A program made the position numbers and the translations under genes. From Octopus vulgaris (Eukaryota), in assembly GCA_951406725.2 (NCBI GenBank), contig OX597815.1:123318001-123382000 (forward strand): 64,000 nucleotides of DNA, in the 5' to 3' direction. Below the pieces are notes generated by a model that worked only from the letters and a program-made list of their open reading frames with translations, was not told the DNA's origin and did no database searches. Below are positions 52,595 to 64,000 of this stretch, in pieces. Position 1 is the stretch's first letter. Each line of letters opens with the position of its first letter.

Positions 52595-52932
52595 ATATAA
52601 TAATCCACAGATGGAATTTACAAATATTTTAATGCATTGCTATGCATGTTTCCACAAATCACATGTTTCTTATGATCATAGTCTGTATTCCTGGGATGAT
52701 TACAGTACAGTCCGTAGTATTCATGGACATCAGGTGGATTATAATTCATGTGTTCGTTTCCACAAGCAATATGGCATTATGTCTACAGAAATAAGCATGA
52801 ACTATGATCCACCCGATGTCCATGGATATTACTGACTGTACTGTAATCATCCCAGGAATACGGACTATGATTGTAAGAAACATGCATAGCGATGCATTAA
52901 AATATTCATGAATTCCATCCATGGATTATTTT
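52595..52932. repeat. Foldback (MITE-like) inverted repeat, ~140-bp arms
   Basis: attcctgggatgattacagtacagtc...ggacatc mirrored by gatgtcc...gactgtactgtaatcatcccaggaat. Confidence 0.88.
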
Positions 52933-53084
52933 TATTATATTTACCCTACATTATATTGGAACAGCTTGGCACAACCTCATAAAACTGCTATTGCAAATTA
53001 GCATCATTAGACTGTAGCCGGCATAATAAAATAGGAGCCTTTATATGCTTACTCAAAAATGTATCCTGTAAACAAACTTAAAGG

Positions 53085-53117
<33 letters not shown>

Positions 53118-53304
53118 ACTTCTTCCCAGTATCTGCACACCAAATTCCCTCTCAAGGCTTTGGACAGCTTTGGGCTATAATAAAAGACAGGCCCCAAGGT
53201 ATCACACAGTGGAACTGAACCTGGACCACATGGTAGCAAAGCAAAGTTGCTAATCACATAGTCTGTATGTCATGCAGTTGAAATGGAAGTGAGAAAGCAT
53301 TTAC

Positions 53305-53408
53305 CTGTGTGAGGTGAGTATGACTGATCGACCAGATTTTACAAGATCTATAATTAGATTCCAGAGGAACCGTCTGGAATATGGATCCATGCCTGTGGTA
53401 GGTTCATC
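53305..53408 (-). CDS. ABCA2: ABCA2-like exon, Walker B/D-loop/H-loop: [34 protein letters not shown](S)
   Basis: DEPTTGMDP and LTSH motifs; 104 nt, phase 0 to 2. Confidence 0.97.
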
Positions 53409-53530
53409 CTGGAATAAAAATGTAGACAGATATAAATTATGGAAACAGGGGAATGTGAATTACACAAAAGTAAAAATAAACATTTTTGATATTCTTGCCA
53501 ATAATAAACAATAATAAAATTCTATCATAC

Positions 53531-53665
53531 CATAAAAATAACTGGAGGATTTCCTATTAGTGCTATGGCAGTTGATAGTTTCCGTTTATTTCCACCACTG
53601 TAAGTGCCTGATGCCTTGTCTGCAAATTCAGTCAAAGCTAATTTCTTTAGAGCCTGGTTGACAAC
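53531..53665 (-). CDS. ABCA2: ABCA2-like exon, ABC signature: [45 protein letters not shown]
   Basis: [10 protein letters not shown] signature; 135 nt with AG/GT boundaries; lies in ORF 53525..53737. Confidence 0.97.
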
Positions 53666-54196
53666 CTGAAAGAAAAAATAGTTAATATCAGGTCTTTTCA
53701 AATAATCATCATCATCACAAACATTAATAAGTTTCATCTGAAATATTAGTACAGTTTAAATAGAGTTATTTATAACAAAATCTTGCCTTCATATCATATA
53801 ACTAATAGCTTCACATCCTTGAGAAGTTTCTTGTCTTAGATACTAGTGAAGCCTTTGCTCATATCTAAACTGAGAACCTAAGCTTTGTTGCCCATCTATT
53901 GATTGTTCTTATCATTACTCATTCACAATTCCATACTAAACACTTTTCTCAATCACATATTCCATGGGCCACAAACTTTTGGAATTTCTTTCCTACCCAT
54001 GGAAAAATAAGGAAGCCAGTAAATGAGTGGTATCATTTTAAATTTAAGATAGAAGGGTTTTAAGCAGAACTATAGTATCATCTATTTCACTTTCAAAAGA
54101 AACATCAAGTATCTAGAAGTTGAATAGGTATAAAAAAACCCACAAAAGATACTGGAACAAGAAAATAAAATTGAAATTTATTCTACAAGTATTGAA

Positions 54197-54670
54197 ATCA
54201 TCATCATCCCCATCGTTTAACGTCAGCTTTCCATGCTGGCATGGGTTGGATGGTTTGACTGGGGACTGGTGAGTCAGATGGCTGCACCAGGCTCCAATTT
54301 GATCTGGCAGAGTTTCTACAGCTGGATGCCCTTCCTAACGCCAACCACTCAGAGTGTAGTGGGTGCTTTTATGTGCCACCAGCACAAGGGCCAGTCAGGC
54401 GGTACTGGCAATGGCCATACTCAAACGGTGTTATTATGTGTTACCTGCATAGGAGCCAGTCCAGCAGCACTGGCAACGCCCTTGCTTCAATGTTGTTTTT
54501 CACGTACCACCGGCACAAGTGCCAATAAGGCAATGCTGGTAACGATCACGGTTGAATGGTGCTTTTTATGTGCCACCGGCACGGGGGCCAGTTAGTGGCC
54601 CTGGCAATGATCACACAAGGATGGTGTTCTTAGCGCTCCACTAGCATGGATGCCAGTCATGCGGTGCTGT
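54197..54670 (-). mobile_element. RTE 3'-end element
   Basis: Same family as 27663-28030 and 38863-39548. Confidence 0.8.
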
Positions 54671-55708
54671 CAAACTAGCAATATATAGAAGAGATTTAGA
54701 ATAACTATGCTAAATTATTTTAAAAATAGATGACTGAATAGGTAAATAGTTTAATTCACTTTTATAGTGCTACTGCAACAAATTCAGATACTTCTGGATA
54801 AGTGCTTTGTTAAAGCCTATGTAAAATATCAATAAAATATCAATTGAATACCTTCTCCATAAAACAATATGCCTCTTGTCAAATAATTCTAAAATCTTGG
54901 TTGCCCAGTAATCAATCAAACAAATTTTTAAAAAAAAAAACTTCCATTTATTAACATTTTAACTTATGGTAAAGTTATCTTCTTCAGGTGGCAACAACCA
55001 AGATGTCCCAAAATGCTGCACCAGAAACTATCTCAAATTAGCTTTGGTAGCTCCTCAGTTTTGTGTTGTGTGCCTGCCAAAAACATTAATTTAGTAGAAT
55101 GGTCTTCACTATGAAGATGAAGTTATAGAAATTAAAATGATATATAATCAGATATAGCCTTTTGTTTAGCACAATAGCAGTGGTCAACAAAGTCTACCTC
55201 TTGCCCATAAATGTGTTAAATCCACATAAGCCTGTTTTATGCACCATCAAGACAATCTTGAAGCTTCTTCATAGTTCAAGTTTCTGCTCCAAGAGAACAA
55301 AACTCTCAACACAGATTTTGAAGATGGTAAGCTTTGTTGGTTATAATATTTGATTGCTCATTGGAGAGAAAACTGAATATGTGACAATGAAAATGAAAGC
55401 AACCTGCCAATTTGTTCCAATATTGGCCCACAACTTAAGGAGGTCAGTGACTTCAAAGAACTTTGGTCCTATGTAGTTGATAGTAAGAATTATGAACTAC
55501 CTGTAATACGCTTCAAAACATCAGCCAATCAAGTATTTCAAAATCAACCAGCATAGTAAAGTAATTAACTTTTCTAAGTTATATATCAAACATGTCAATG
55601 CACAAACATCAATAGAGAAAGCAACAAACATTACCACTGACACAAGAGACCTTGCACACATTTCTTATTCAGATTTGTATTAAAAGCATAAATAAAATGG
55701 CAACTTAC

Positions 55709-55850
55709 AATTGCTTCATCTTTTGGAGGAATCCCTCGAAGACGAGCATAAAACTGAAGGTGCTCTCGAGCTGATAATTCATCATAAAGGGAATCAAACT
55801 GTGGACAATATCCAATGTTTTGTCGTACTTTACTCAGGTCTTTCAGGATA
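55709..55850 (-). CDS. ABCA2: ABCA2-like exon, Q-loop: [47 protein letters not shown]
   Basis: IGYCPQFD motif; 142 nt, tttacAG acceptor, GTaagt donor, phase 2 to 0. Confidence 0.96.
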
Positions 55851-56066
55851 CTGTAAAGGAAATGTATTTTATATCAAAATTTGGTCAGATAAACATAATA
55901 AACACTTTTACATTAAAATATATCGGATGTTTGTCTTGCTAATTCCTCAGAATATTTGCATAATCCTTAAAAACAATGATAGAATAGACAAGAAAACAAA
56001 CTTTAGACTGTGATTACTTCTGATTATTGAAAGCACCTAGAAAGAATTTACCTATAGCTCTAAGTC

Positions 56067-56068
<2 letters not shown>

Positions 56069-56143
<75 letters not shown>
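56069..56143. repeat. (GA)n microsatellite
   Basis: Directly visible. Confidence 0.97.
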
Positions 56144-56144
<1 letters not shown>

Positions 56145-57040
56145 GAAACAAATTTTACAAATTTGTAGAATTGTCAACAGGAACAAGAAAAATATCAAAG
56201 AACAATTTTCAGTAAACTTTTAAAAGAATACAAGTTAAATATTTTAAATTTAAATAGAAGAGATAAAGTTCTTGGTAATAAATCCATAGAGTAATAGGCT
56301 TGTTTTTCTTGATAAAACCAAAACCTTTCAAGATTTTATAGGTAGAAATTTTTTGAAAAGTTATTATTTCAGACAGATTTATAAATTTGTCCAAAAGGAA
56401 GCAAAATCTTAAAACATTTTAAGGAACATGAGAAAAATTCAACCAATAAAATTAAGTCCTCTCTCAATTTATATATATATCATAAAATACTTAAAAATAA
56501 GAGAAAATATTAGAATGTAAATCAATGAACAAGCTACAATGCTACTGCATAAAGCTGCGTAATTGAATATTACAAGTAGCATAAGTAAATATTTTGACTA
56601 AATAACTATAGACTGCAAAATTTTAAAAAGTATATTTCTAAGATGTCACGAAGATATTTGAAGACTGTTGAAGACTGGTCACTACTTTCAATGAAACAGT
56701 TTAGTATTCATTTCATTTTCAAAATATGAGGAGTGTTTTCTTTGAAAACAGTAACTACAGCTAGTTCCAATAAAATATACTGTTCCAAGTAGGTTCAGAT
56801 TTATGCAAAATATCTTTTACTGTAATTTATAAAATTTTATCTAATCAGTTTATAATAATGGTAGTTCTTTTGGGTCCTTTATATTAAATTAGCAGTTACT
56901 ATCATGTTACTAGTCTTTAATTAATTTCTGCAGATACTATTATTAATCTTGTATTTGCTTCAGTCATTAGACTATAGCCATGCTGGGGCACTGCCTTGAG
57001 GATTTTTAATCAAATGAATTGACTCCAGTGCTTTTTTAAG

Positions 57041-57075
<35 letters not shown>

Positions 57076-57305
57076 GGGCTTCTTTCAGTTTCTGTCTCCT
57101 AAATCCACTCCCAAGCCTTTGGTTGGTCCGATGTCCCATACAGTGGGACTGAACTCAGGACCATGTGGTTGGGAAGTAAGCTTCTTACCACACAGATATG
57201 CCTGTGCCTAAAATGTTCATAATAAATCATCTGATAAGTTAAAGACACACATTGAGTGTTTCTGGATGCATTGCTTTTCGCTGAAATCATTTTGAAAGAT
57301 TTTAC

Positions 57306-57412
57306 CTGAAACGGTGCAGTTCAGCATCTCCATTTGTTGGTGCTATATCTCCAGTTAGCATCTTGAAAGTTGTAGTTTTCCCAGCGCCATTCACACCTAG
57401 CAGCCCAAAACA
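57306..57412 (-). CDS. ABCA2: ABCA2-like exon, Walker A of NBD2: [35 protein letters not shown](S)
   Basis: GVNGAGKT P-loop; 107 nt, AG/GT boundaries, phase 0 to 2. Confidence 0.96.
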
Positions 57413-57574
57413 CTAGAAGAAAATATTATTACTCAGTAACATGTAAAAGTCTGAATCCATCACTCGATTTAAATTATAAGATAAACAAGTTTCAGAACAG
57501 GAACCATATAATAAGTCGGAATAATCACTATAGATTATACTAATTGTTTTCTAATGAACTATGGCTTTAGACCT

Positions 57575-58621
57575 TAGTAAGTTTTAGTAAGTAGGAAGGC
57601 AGACAAATCACAAATCCCTCCAGGGAGATGACACTGCTTGATATGTAGAAAAGGCATAGGTAGAAACTTCATAAGTGCTAGCTATGGACACATACGAGGT
57701 GTAGCAATATCAAAGGAAGGTTAACAGGGAAAGTCTTTGTATGTAGCAAATGTACAAAAAATAGACTCCTTCAAATGTCAGCAGGGGATACCTAGATGTA
57801 GTTGATAGCATTCGTTATCTAGGTGACCAAGTCAGCAGTGGAGGTGGATGCTCCAAGAGAATAGCTGCTAGAATAAGAATAGGCTAGGCAAAGTTCAGAG
57901 AGTTTTTACCTTTATTGGTAACAAAGGACCTCTTCCATCGAGTGAAAGACAGGTTTTATGATGCCTGTGTGCAAACAGCTATGCTACATGGCAGTGAAAC
58001 AAGAGCTGTGTCTGCAGACGACATGCGAAGGCTTGAAAGAAATGAAGCTAGTATGCTTCACTGGATGTGCAATATCAGTGTGCATGTACAACAAAATGTA
58101 AGCATCTTGAGAGAAAAATTGGGCACGAGAGGCTTAAGATGTGGTGCACCGGCTAAAGTCATGTGATGTGTATGGATGAGGAGAGCTGCATAAAGTGCTG
58201 ATCTCTAACTGTAGAAGGAATCTGTGGAAGAGGTAGGCCCAGGAAGACAAGGGATGAGGTGGTGAAGAATGATCTTCAAATGTTGGATCTCACGGAGGCA
58301 ATGACAAGTCATTGAGACCTTTGGCGATTTGCTGTACTTGAGAAAACTCGTCAAGCCAAGTGAAATTGTAGGTGTGGCCAGTTCTGGTGGCACATAAAAG
58401 CACCTGTGCTGGTGACATGTAAAAGGCACCCATGCTAGTGACACGTAAAAGGCACCCACTACACTTTGGAGTGGTTGGTATAACAAAGACCATCTAGCTA
58501 TAAAAACAAAGCTAAATCAAACTGGAACCTACAGCTTTCCAGCTTACTAGTTCCAGTTAAAGCATCTAACCCATGCCAGCATGGAAAGTGGACACTAAAT
58601 GAAGATGATGATGATGATGAT
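57575..58621 (+). mobile_element. RTE LINE 3' fragment
   Basis: RYLGDQV...ARIRIG...VKDRFYDACVQTAMLHGSET; 3' UTR and (GAT)n tail. Confidence 0.87.
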
Positions 58622-58735
58622 AATAATCTTTGTCGTTTAAATGTTAGCTGTAATTTATATTTTCCATCACAAATTTGTCCCCAGAAGTTATATAGAGCAT
58701 GTGATATAAAGGATGATTGATCTATAGGTGATTAA

Positions 58736-59900
58736 CCCTTTCGTTACCAAACCGCCCGAAAAAAATTTTGGTTAATGTGACCAAAGCCGCCCGAATTTAC
58801 CTATTCATATTTAAATGAGAATATCAGAGCAAATCTCTTTAGTACATTTGTGAAAACACGTGATTATACTTCAAAACAGTTCATCTACAGTTTTGTACAA
58901 CGATCGACGTGTAATTTTAATTCCCTGAATTTTGGGAGATTTTTTTCCACATTTTTTTCGGCATCGATTTTTCTTCAACTTTGAAAATGGATTGGAGTTT
59001 CATGTTATCAAGCATTGATTCCGAATTGGAAAATTTGTGAAGCAAATACTGGGTACTGTTGTGGATTTAGTTTTTATACAGGGAAACTAATGTTAGTCAG
59101 CATGGCTTAGGGTATGATGTGGTCTGGAAGTTATTGTTTGAAGCGATCAATGCGGAAACAAACTTACGCAAAATGTAAACAAACACAAAATGGGGGTTCA
59201 AATTTCGGAAAATTTGTGAAGTAAATACTGGGTACTGCGTGGATTTAGTTTTTATACAGGGAAAATAATGTTAGTCAGCATGGCCTAGGGAACAATGTGG
59301 TCTGAAATTTATCACTTCCATACCATAACCAGGGCTGTATATTATTTTTTGACCGATTTCTTTAGTTCGGTCAAACTTGCAGTGGATTCCAGTATTTCAC
59401 TTTATTCCACCTTTATGGTACATCTGTTGTGCATTAAATTCAACTGATGATATAGTGATGTGCACAATTCTTCTTTATCAAAATTTTGTTGCATACCCAT
59501 TTGAATATTAGCTGATGATTCATTTTCTATGGTGATGTTTAAACAAAATTTTAATATTTTTAACTTTTGCTCAATTTAAAATTTTAATATTTTTATCTTT
59601 TTTGCTCAATTTAAAATTTTAATATTTTTACCTTTTGCTCAATTTAAAATTTTAATATTTTTACCTTTTGCTCAATTTACCTGGATTTACCTGTAATTAA
59701 AGTCACTTTGAGACAAAAGTTATGCAATAGAATTGATTAAGAACCCTTTCTTTAATTATGTTCCAAATATCACATTAATATGTTGATAAGTAAAAAAGTT
59801 ACAGTTATTTAACGAAACAAGCCTAGATTCATGATTATTTTAGAATTTAATTGAAACTCATGAGGGGTGTATTTTGGTCAGAAATATAGTAACGAAAGGG
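58736..59900 (+). mobile_element. piggyBac-superfamily internally deleted element
   Basis: TTAA on both sides (58732-58735, 59901-59904); TIR CCCTTTCGTTAC / GTAACGAAAGGG; transposase remnant KWGFKF-KICE-NTGYC, HGLGYDVVWKLL and YHNQGC...DRF. Confidence 0.88.
59546..59680. repeat. ~32-bp minisatellite (aaaattttaatatttttaccttttgctcaattt) x~4 within the piggyBac element
   Basis: Tandem copies directly visible. Confidence 0.85.
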
Positions 59901-59954
59901 TTAAACTAGTCAGTTGTTAGATATTACCAGCCAAATATATCAAGTAATATTTAC

Positions 59955-60026
59955 CTCACCCGTTGGTACACCTAGGCAAAGATGGTCAACAGCTAGATGT
60001 TTGCCTAATTTTCTGGTCACATACAT
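59955..60026 (-). CDS. ABCA2: ABCA2-like exon: MYVTRKLGKHLAVDHLCLGVPTGE
   Basis: 72 nt between a tttgttttAG acceptor and a GTaaat donor; resembles ABCA2 [24 protein letters not shown]. Confidence 0.92.
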
Positions 60027-60427
60027 CTAAAACAAAAGAAAGTTTTATATTTTATTTTAAGAGATGTGAAAAGGAACAAATTAATAATGTAGGAGATAAC
60101 TAATTAACACTAAACTGATGAATTCAAATTTGTACTGGCATCAAAATAAGGCCCTAGATATTGTTTGCTTATATCTACCTAATAAGAAGTATAAACACTT
60201 TGCATAGATTGGTTACTTTATTAAGGTTACTGCAGATTTTTTCAAACAGTATACATAAATCTTTAAAAGTCAATTGTAGGAGAAATAGTTGAAAAAAATA
60301 ATGCTATAATCATTAAAAATTGAAACATAGATTAAAAGATTACTGCTATAACAATTGATTATCCCTTTCTGTAATCCTTTAATGGCTATGAGGAAAATTA
60401 TGACAACTTAGTTCATCACAGCTGTGC

Positions 60428-60545
60428 CATTAAATTTGTTTCATAACTGCATGGTTCTGGATTCAATCAGAAGTGTATGTACGTACATACATACGTACAC
60501 TTCAGATTGAATCCAGAACCATGCAGTTATGAAACAAATTTAATG
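60428..60545. repeat. Near-perfect 50-bp inverted repeat hairpin
   Basis: 60428-60477 vs 60496-60545: one mismatch, 18-nt spacer. Confidence 0.93.
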
Positions 60546-60936
60546 TAAGTACGTAAATACGTACACACACACACACACACTGCTATTATAAGACATACTC
60601 CAGCCAATAAATTCATTATATTTGCTGCTTGATTTTACCTTGCACAATGAACAAAACACCACTTGAACTTACTACCATCTCACTACTTGTTATTCAAGAG
60701 ATGTAGGACTTCCATGAGAAACCAACTTCTCTACATTAAAGTCAATGTATCACAAAGATAAATCAATTATGGAAGTATGGTAAACACACCAAGGTATATT
60801 CCATCAGTGGCTGATCCAAGGAAAAGATTGAATCTGTAAAAACTCATGCCATAAAAGCAATCTGTTTGTTTCTCTTTTATATGCCTTATATAATATAATA
60901 CACGCAGGGTTTATGTGTGTATATATATATATATAT

Positions 60937-61132
60937 ACTCTTTACTCTGTTACTTGTTTCAGTCATTTGACCGCAGCCATGCTGGAGCACCACCTTTAAT
61001 CGAGCAACTCGACCCCGGAACTTATTCTTTTGTAAGCCCAGTACTTATTCTATCGGTCTCTTTTGCCGAACCGCTAAGTGACGGGGACATAAACACACCA
61101 GCATCAGTTGTCAACTAATGCTAGAGGGACAG

Positions 61133-61163
<31 letters not shown>

Positions 61164-61502
61164 CTGATGGGCTTCTTTCAGTTTCCGTCTACCAAATCCA
61201 CTCACAAGGCTTTGGTCGGCCCGAGGCTATAGTAGGAGACACTTGCCCAAGGTGCCACACAGTGGGACTGAACCCGGAACCATGTGGTTGGTAGACAGGC
61301 TACTTACCACACAGCCACTCCTTTTACTTGTTTCAGTCACTAGACTGTGACCATCCTGGGGCACCACCTTGAATTTTTAGTTGAATGAATTGACTCCAGC
61401 ACTTATTTTTTAAGCCTGGTACTTATTCTATCAGTCTCTTTTGCTGAACTGCTAATTTACAAGGACATAAGTGGTGATGGGGAGACAAACACAGACACAA
61501 AG

Positions 61503-61533
<31 letters not shown>

Positions 61534-61670
61534 ACAGGCTTCTTTCAGTTTCTATCTAATCCACTCACAAGGCTTTGGTCAGCCCAAAGCTACAAGGTGC
61601 CACACTGGGACTGAACCCAGAATCATGTGGTTGGAAAGCAAGCTTCTTACCACACAGCCACTCCTGCACT
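60937..61670 (-). mobile_element. Two head-to-tail SINE family A copies (60937-61321, 61322-61670)
   Basis: Both are reverse complements of 20338-20750. Confidence 0.88.
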
Positions 61671-62754
61671 TACATTATATATAGATATCAAAATTTTTAC
61701 CTTTCACAATAAAAAAATATTACTAATTATGGATGTTAATGAGCATGTAATTCAACTGACTGTCAAATAGTGTTTTACAGACCCTTTTCCTAAAACAAAA
61801 GTATTCCACCCCAATCATCAATAATAGTCATAGAGTAGAATCATGCCAATAGTAATGATATTAACTATCTTTTACTTTATTATATATCAATTTATAACAA
61901 AACTAAAGCATTTAGATAAATCTCTGAAATGCTGACAGGTTTTGGAAATAATATATATTCATTTAAGTTCATATGAAATATTTATAGTAAATCAAGATAT
62001 TCTAGTCAATGATCAGTATTTAATTGCTCAATTTTTTTTTTTTTTGTAAAATTAATAGGGTATGAATTTATTAAGTATTTACACAAAAGAAATTTCATGT
62101 ATGGTTTAGCCTGAGTTTGTATACAGACAGATTGGTTTCAAATTTAATGGTCACTATTCAATTTTTTTTTAGTGTGTTTTATTACATAAGTATAAATAAG
62201 TTTTGAAAATTCCTTTTTTAGTTGCTTTAATTGAAATTCAAATCATTCACTATGCAATAGTTGATGTGAATTATTCCATTGTGAGAACAGCAATAAAATA
62301 TGTATTACTAATAGCTTGCTTTATATCCTAATTAAAACTGATGAAATAAGGAGTATCAAACCAAATAAACTCAAATGATAAAATGAATCTGCTTTCATTT
62401 AGAATGCACTTATTTTTGAACAGTTCATTTGAGGACATGCAAATGTCTAAATTTCACTATGCAGTAGTAAAAAGTGAATTTGTTATAATAAATCATAACA
62501 TGTACACTTAGATAAATACAAAAATGAAAGGGAAAATTTCAAATCAAGTTAACTAAATGAAAGAGACATTCAAGTGAGAAGAAAAATTAAAACTCAAAGT
62601 ATTGAGGGTAATATATTTGTTTAAACAGGCGCCATTTATAACATGGGACAGACATTTTATTTAACAACAGTACAAAATGAAAGAATAATCCAGGACATTC
62701 ACTAATAATGAGTTTTTTATGTAAGTTTTTTTTTTTATCAGTAAGAATATGGTG

Positions 62755-63228
62755 TTGGTGGAGAGGATTGCAGATGAGGTAAACAGAAGTGAAGACTGCA
62801 GGGGCCAGTGGAAGAGCCATGGGGGACATGCGCAGGCAGGAAGCACATGGAGGCAGTTCAAGGAGAGAGTGGATTGTGGAACGATGTTTTTTTTTTTCAT
62901 GATAAGGACAGTGATCGCTCATCCCGCCTCGGTCAACAGGTAAGGCCTCTGTATTTCTTTGCTTCTTTTGTTATGGGCTGAAATAGCTTGTTGTGTAATA
63001 CAGGGAAAAGACAACACAAAAAGAAGCAAAAGGGAAAAAGAAATACAGAGACCTTACCTGTTGACCAAGGCAGGATGAGCGATCACTGTCCTTATTGTGA
63101 AGAAAAACACGTTCCACACTCCCCTCTCTCCTTGAACTGTCACCCTGGTGCTTCCTGCCCACGTGGCTCTTCTGCTGGCCCCTGCAGTCTTCACTTCCAT
63201 TTACCTTATCTGCAATCCTCTCCAACAT
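62755..63228. repeat. Foldback inverted repeat, ~215-bp arms and ~45-nt loop
   Basis: ggagaggattgcagat...ggtcaacaggtaagg...tgcttcttttg mirrored at 63017-63228; mirror ORFs on both strands. Confidence 0.9.
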
Positions 63229-63896
63229 GACATAGCTCATCACAGCCCCTAACACCACAAAGAAATAGAATCCTATTCTCCCACAGAACTGTAACTCTTT
63301 CCCAACTATGTTTTCTATTATGATATCAATCTGCAGAAATTCAAAATGAACATTAACTAAACTGAGTTCCCATTCCATTGCTTAACCCAAGATGGTCTGC
63401 AAATGATAGATGCAAGTCTCTTTCTATGGGTTAAAATGTAAATAGAATCAAATCTGATGAAGTAGAAAGTTACACATCATGAAAACATATACTGGAAGAT
63501 GACAAAATCTAAACAGCAAGCACCTCAATACTAAATTCTAAAAAGTACACTATATATAAAAATAGCAATTAGATTAATATTGTCTGTTTAAGAACAAAAT
63601 TGAATGTACAACAGTATTCAAATGAATTAAACTGCCCTTAGCCATGAAAGGAAGAATTTTCAGCAGAAATTTCACATTTTCTGAAGATACGCTTTGGTAA
63701 AAGTTTTAGTTCAATTTTTCTTTTCCAAAAGTAAGACTTCTCTGATAGCTAGGAGGAAGTGGGAGAGAGGAAGCTATGCATATAGAGTAGTTGGTTATTA
63801 AATCCACTTATCAAAAGATTCCAACATTTAATGAAGATGAGAATCACAGTTCAGCTTTCATGACAAAGTTAAAAATAAGCAAAATTATCGCACTAC

Positions 63897-64000
63897 CTTT
63901 GTTAAATTCTTCAGACACAATGCATCATTGCAAGCTGAACCTCTTAAGATGCGTTTTCTTTCACTGGCAACATCTACATCTTCATCTTGTGGTAGTTTGT
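63897..64000 (-). CDS. ABCA2: ABCA2-like transporter exon (partial, runs off window): [34 protein letters not shown]
   Basis: Manual translation matches the EDxDVASERxRxLRG...NLTK linker before NBD2 of ABCA proteins; GT donor at 63896-63895, phase 0. Confidence 0.9.

Noticed and set aside
62587-63378. Paralogous ORF pair starting MSDHCPY on opposite strands
   Set aside because: Mirror translations of the foldback repeat, not genes.

Overview
AT-rich, repeat-dense eukaryotic genomic DNA. The SINE, RTE and microsatellite repertoire looks like a coleoid cephalopod, probably Octopus (inference). The one clear gene is the 3' part of an ABCA-subfamily transporter, most like ABCA2, on the minus strand. 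Ten GT-AG coding exons from 64000 down to a stop at 38010 join in frame and encode the second nucleotide-binding domain and the C-terminus, probably followed by a long AU-rich 3' UTR. Its last intron holds a nested stack: a hAT MITE containing a full-length but degenerate Ty3/Gypsy element (4-bp TSD, tRNA-Trp-type PBS, PPT), whose 3' LTR is interrupted by an RTE 3' end. Other introns hold a piggyBac deletion derivative, RTE LINEs and four foldback hairpins. The left 29 kb is mostly transposon debris: an R4/Dong-like cluster in TAA repeats, a mariner foldback, CR1/L2-like, CRE and RTE LINEs, tRNA-derived SINEs and a Penelope-type inverted repeat with a hammerhead-like motif. It also has a few unexplained exon-like segments. 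I see no CRISPR array, rRNA or true tRNA, and no clearly novel multi-gene system. The best leads are RNA-structural: a shared SINE/LINE 3' stem-loop with compensatory changes, the hammerhead-like motif and the intronic hairpins.
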